This document shows, piece after piece, positions 60,543 to 64,000 of a stretch of 64,000 bases of DNA (the first letter of the stretch is position 1; the number at the start of each line of letters is the position of its first letter). A program made the position numbers and the translations under genes. The notes beneath the pieces are model-generated. The model was not told the origin of the DNA and did not search any database. It saw only the letters and a program-made list of their open reading frames with translations. Origin of the DNA: Candidatus Phaeomarinibacter sp. (lineage in GTDB: Bacteria > Pseudomonadota > Alphaproteobacteria > CGMCC-115125); assembly GCA_050042885.1 (NCBI GenBank), contig JBHJJF010000009.1, positions 25,000 to 88,999 on the forward strand, written 5' to 3'.

Positions 60543-61187
60543 TTACGGATTTGCCGTTTGATGCATGGCCTCCACCAGCACGCCGAGGGAGCGTAACGCC
60601 TGCGCCTTCCAGTCGCTCATGTCCACCAGACGCGACACATCATGCTGACGCAGGCTCACATAGCCATGCAGAACAGCCCATGTCTGGACGGCGGCATCCT
60701 GCTTTTCCCTGCGCGATGCCGTGTCCGGCAACAGCGCTGCAACATGCCGGGCCATGGTGGTGAAAGCAGTAGCACCCACCATCTCCGCTTCAAGAGACGG
60801 CACGAAGCTCGCATCACGCTCCCCAAAGATCAGCCGATAGTGAGCCGCGTGAGCCTCCGCCATGTCCAGATACTGCTTCGATGCCTGCATGATGGTGTCC
60901 AGCGCCGACAACGACCGGTCAGCCACCGTCATGCTCTCGATGACAAGTTCGAAGCCTTCGATGTACAGCGCATCCAGAATACCCTGCTTGCCCTGAAAGT
61001 GGCTGTAAATGCCAATGGTCGATATCCCTGCCTTGGCAGCGATGGCGCGAACACTGAGCGACTTGACGCCACCTTCAAGGAACAGATCGGAGGCAGCCGC
61101 CAGAATTCTGGCTTTCGCCTCTTTAGAATTCTGAGGCGCTGATTCTTGGCTTGAGGCCTCAGTTTTTGGAGCTTTCTTGGGGGTCAT
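60543..61187 (-). CDS. TetR family regulator with WHG-type C-terminal domain
   Basis: LSVRAIAAKAGISTIGIYSHF HTH; WAVLHG. Confidence 0.92.
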   Translation of the reverse strand: MTPKKAPKTEASSQESAPQNSKEAKARILAAASDLFLEGGVKSLSVRAIAAKAGISTIGIYSHFQGKQGILDALYIEGFELVIESMTVADRSLSALDTIMQASKQYLDMAEAHAAHYRLIFGERDASFVPSLEAEMVGATAFTTMARHVAALLPDTASRREKQDAAVQTWAVLHGYVSLRQHDVSRLVDMSDWKAQALRSLGVLVEAMHQTANP

Positions 61188-61221
61188 TGAATGACAGTTC
61201 TCAAATATTTCGCACCTGCGC

Positions 61222-61275
61222 TTGACAAGCCATAACGCTGTTATTAGTTATCTCGCCAGAACATAACACCGTTAT
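61222..61275 (+). promoter_or_regulatory. TTGACA promoter with two ATAAC-N3-GTTAT operators
   Basis: TTGACA 61222; ATAACGCTGTTAT 61232-61244; ATAACACCGTTAT 61263-61275. Confidence 0.75.
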
Positions 61276-61358
61276 ATCAAAGGTCAAACGAAAACCCATT
61301 CCGCCCATAGGGCCGTCCCGGCCGTGGGAACGCGGGTCAACCAAGAGGACGTGACATC

Positions 61359-62789
61359 ATGACTGAGGTACTGGAGACGGATTATCTGATCGTTGGTGCA
61401 GGCGCCATGGGTATGGCCTTTGTGGATACGCTGGTCAGCGAAACCGACGCGCGCATTCTGATCGTCGACGGTCATGCAAGCCCCGGTGGGCATTGGAACG
61501 ATGCCTACCCCTTCGTGACCCTGCATCAGCCCGCCGCCTTCTACGGCGTCGCGTCCCGCGAACTGTCGACGGGCCGCAAGGACGAGGCTGGTCTCAACAA
61601 GGGGATGGGCGACCTGTCATCCGGGGCTGACATTAAGTCCTACTATGAGCAGGTCATGCGTCACACTTTCCTGCCGACAGGTCGGGTGCAGTACTTCCCC
61701 ATGTGTCACTTCACCGGAATGGAAAACGGGACCGGTCATTTCCGGTCAATCGTCGGCGGACAACACTATGAAGTGAAGGTCGCAAAGAAACTGGTCGACG
61801 CCGCCTTCCTCACAAACTCTGTGCCCTCCACCCACACGCCGAACTTTACCATCGGCGACGACGTCACCTTCATCGCCTTGAACGATCTGCCGAAGATCAG
61901 TGAGACGCCGGACGGCTATGTGGTCATTGGCGGCGGCAAGACCGGCATAGATGCCTGCCTGTGGTTGCTGGAAACCGGTGTCGATCCGGACAACATCTGC
62001 TGGATCAAGTCCCGCGATGCCTGGCTGCTTGATCGCGCCAATACCCAGCCGACTCCGGAATTCTTTGAAGCCACCGTCGGTACCCAGGCCGCGTACATGG
62101 AAGGCATCGCAGCCTCTGACTCAGTCGATGACATGTTCGACCACCTGGAGGCCTGCGGATACTTTGTCCGTTTTGACCCTCAGGTGCGCCCGACCATGTT
62201 CCACGGCGCCACGATCAGCCCGCTGGAACTTCAGGAGTTACGCCGCATCAAGAATGTGGTCCGCATGGGTCATGTACAGAGCGTTACGAACAACGAGATC
62301 GTTCTTGATCAGGGCACAGTCCCCACAACACCTGGCACAGTGCATGTGGATTGTTCCGCAACGGCCGTCACCAACAAGGACTCACGCCCTGTCTTCGATG
62401 GCGATGTGATCACACCGCAATTCATCCGCTCATACCAGCCGACTTTCAGCGCATCACTGATTGCCCATGTGGAAGCCACCTATGGTGATGGTGACGAAGC
62501 GAAGAAGAACCAGCTATGCGGCGTCGTCCCCCTGCCCGAGGGAGGGATCGATTTCGCGCGCTTCACCTTCGCCTCGATGATGAACCAGTATGCCTGGTCC
62601 CAGGAACCCGGTCTGGACCAGTGGCTACAGGCGAACCGCCTTGACGGGTTTTCCAGCATGATCAAAAGCGTTTCGCCCGACGACGAAAAGCGCATGGCAA
62701 TTCTCAAACGCGTGAGTGCCGCCGCAGTTCCCGCCGTCACCAAGCTTGGTGAGTTTCTCAGCGAAACCGAGAAAGAAACCGCCGCCTAG
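61359..62789 (+). CDS. NAD(P)/FAD-dependent oxidoreductase of unknown substrate
   Basis: GAGAMG, GGHWNDAYPFVTLHQP, GGGKTG. Confidence 0.85.
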   Translation: MTEVLETDYLIVGAGAMGMAFVDTLVSETDARILIVDGHASPGGHWNDAYPFVTLHQPAAFYGVASRELSTGRKDEAGLNKGMGDLSSGADIKSYYEQVMRHTFLPTGRVQYFPMCHFTGMENGTGHFRSIVGGQHYEVKVAKKLVDAAFLTNSVPSTHTPNFTIGDDVTFIALNDLPKISETPDGYVVIGGGKTGIDACLWLLETGVDPDNICWIKSRDAWLLDRANTQPTPEFFEATVGTQAAYMEGIAASDSVDDMFDHLEACGYFVRFDPQVRPTMFHGATISPLELQELRRIKNVVRMGHVQSVTNNEIVLDQGTVPTTPGTVHVDCSATAVTNKDSRPVFDGDVITPQFIRSYQPTFSASLIAHVEATYGDGDEAKKNQLCGVVPLPEGGIDFARFTFASMMNQYAWSQEPGLDQWLQANRLDGFSSMIKSVSPDDEKRMAILKRVSAAAVPAVTKLGEFLSETEKETAA

Positions 62790-62968
62790 CTCGCTGCCGG
62801 TAGCCTAGAAGGCGGCCTTGGACGCGCGTGCCGCAGCGTCAATGGCGGGATTCCGGTCGATTTAGGCGCTTGCGCTCGCATTTGGCGGCGCAGGCGGGTA
62901 GATTTGCCAGTAATCCCGTGCATGTGCTGCGCGACACAAGAACAGCGTATCTACAAAGAGGCCGTCCC

Positions 62969-64000
62969 ATGAGCTCCCAACAGCCATCTGATCTGCATCC
63001 TGATCTGCGCAATGACTGGACCCGTGACGAGGTCACCGGCCTCTTCGCCATGCCGTTCAATGATCTGCTGTTTGCAGCCCAGACGGCCCATCGCCGCTAT
63101 TTCGATCCCAACGAAGTGCAGCAGTCCGAGCTCCTCTCCATCAAGACAGGCGGCTGCCCGGAAGACTGCGGCTACTGCTCCCAGTCCGCCAAGTTTGAAA
63201 CCGGCCTCAAGGCGTCCAAGCTGATGGAAGTCGAAAAGGTGCTGGTGGAAGCCCGCAAGGCCAAGGAGCGCGGCGCGACCCGGTATTGCATGGGTGCGGC
63301 CTGGCGCTCGCCCAAGGACCGCGACCTGGATGCCGTGTGCGCGATGGTCGAAGGCGTCAAGGACATGGGCATGGAAGCCTGTGTGACCCTTGGCATGCTC
63401 GACGCCATGCAGGCCAAGCGCCTGCGTGATGCGGGCCTCGACTACTACAACCATAACATCGACACCGGCCGCGAGTACTACACGGACATCATCACCACGC
63501 GGACCTTTGATGATCGCATCGATACCCTGGCCCATGTGCGCGACGCCGGCATCCATGTATGCTCCGGCGGCATCATCGGCATGGGTGAAGAACAAAAAGA
63601 CCGTGCCGACATGCTGATGGAACTGGCAAACCTGCCGCAGCACCCAGAAAGCGTGCCGATCAACTCTCTTATGAAAGTCGGCGGCACACCGCTAGGCGAA
63701 GTCGACGACCTCGACCCATTGGAATTCGTCCGCACCATCGCTGTCGCCAAGATCATGATGCCTGCCTCCATGGTACGGCTATCAGCCGGCCGCGAGCATA
63801 TGTCTGATGAACTGCAGGCGCTGTGCTTCCTCGCGGGCGCCAACTCGATCTTCGTTGGCGAAAAACTGCTCACCACGGACAATCCCGGCGAAGACCACGA
63901 CAAGGCCCTGCTGGCACGCCTCGGCATGAAGCCCATGGCAGCCCACACCGCAGCACCGGAAGTAAAGCCGGAACACATCGCGCCGTCCCACGCCGCGGAG
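62969..64000 (+). CDS. bioB: Biotin synthase (stop codon beyond window end)
   Basis: Manual translation: [19 protein letters not shown] radical-SAM motif, [38 protein letters not shown]. Confidence 0.96.
   Translation, partial: MSSQQPSDLHPDLRNDWTRDEVTGLFAMPFNDLLFAAQTAHRRYFDPNEVQQSELLSIKTGGCPEDCGYCSQSAKFETGLKASKLMEVEKVLVEARKAKERGATRYCMGAAWRSPKDRDLDAVCAMVEGVKDMGMEACVTLGMLDAMQAKRLRDAGLDYYNHNIDTGREYYTDIITTRTFDDRIDTLAHVRDAGIHVCSGGIIGMGEEQKDRADMLMELANLPQHPESVPINSLMKVGGTPLGEVDDLDPLEFVRTIAVAKIMMPASMVRLSAGREHMSDELQALCFLAGANSIFVGEKLLTTDNPGEDHDKALLARLGMKPMAAHTAAPEVKPEHIAPSHAAE

Overview
GC-rich alphaproteobacterial chromosomal segment. The Parvibaculales/Hyphomicrobiales-like assignment is an inference from gene content and order. 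About 1-28 kb is rich in lipid and hydrophobic-substrate catabolism: acyl-CoA dehydrogenases, crotonases, a BVMO, SDRs, TetR regulators, a DUF1302-DUF1329-YCF48 uptake module and a beta-helix/diheme cytochrome pair. About 28-64 kb is mostly core: tRNA-Thr, hemC-hemD-Mic60-hemY, tsaD, gpsA, yciI/EVE, acs, htpX, rsmB, rpe, purH, three tandem MFS transporters and bioB. No CRISPR array, transposase or integrase was seen. The best candidate for an undescribed system is a ~1.5 kb module between tsaD and gpsA. It holds a TetR gene, a shared AATGAA(C/T)-N12 palindrome, two paralogous unannotated 39- and 47-aa membrane microproteins and a 3' RNA with anti-Shine-Dalgarno CCUCC loops. Other signals: an exact 11-bp-phased repeat array upstream of an XRE-2TM regulator, a greatly enlarged DUF1302, REP-like palindromes flanking acs, and in-frame stops plus clustered A>C substitutions that look like consensus errors. 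All calls come from manual motif recognition; no database searches were run.
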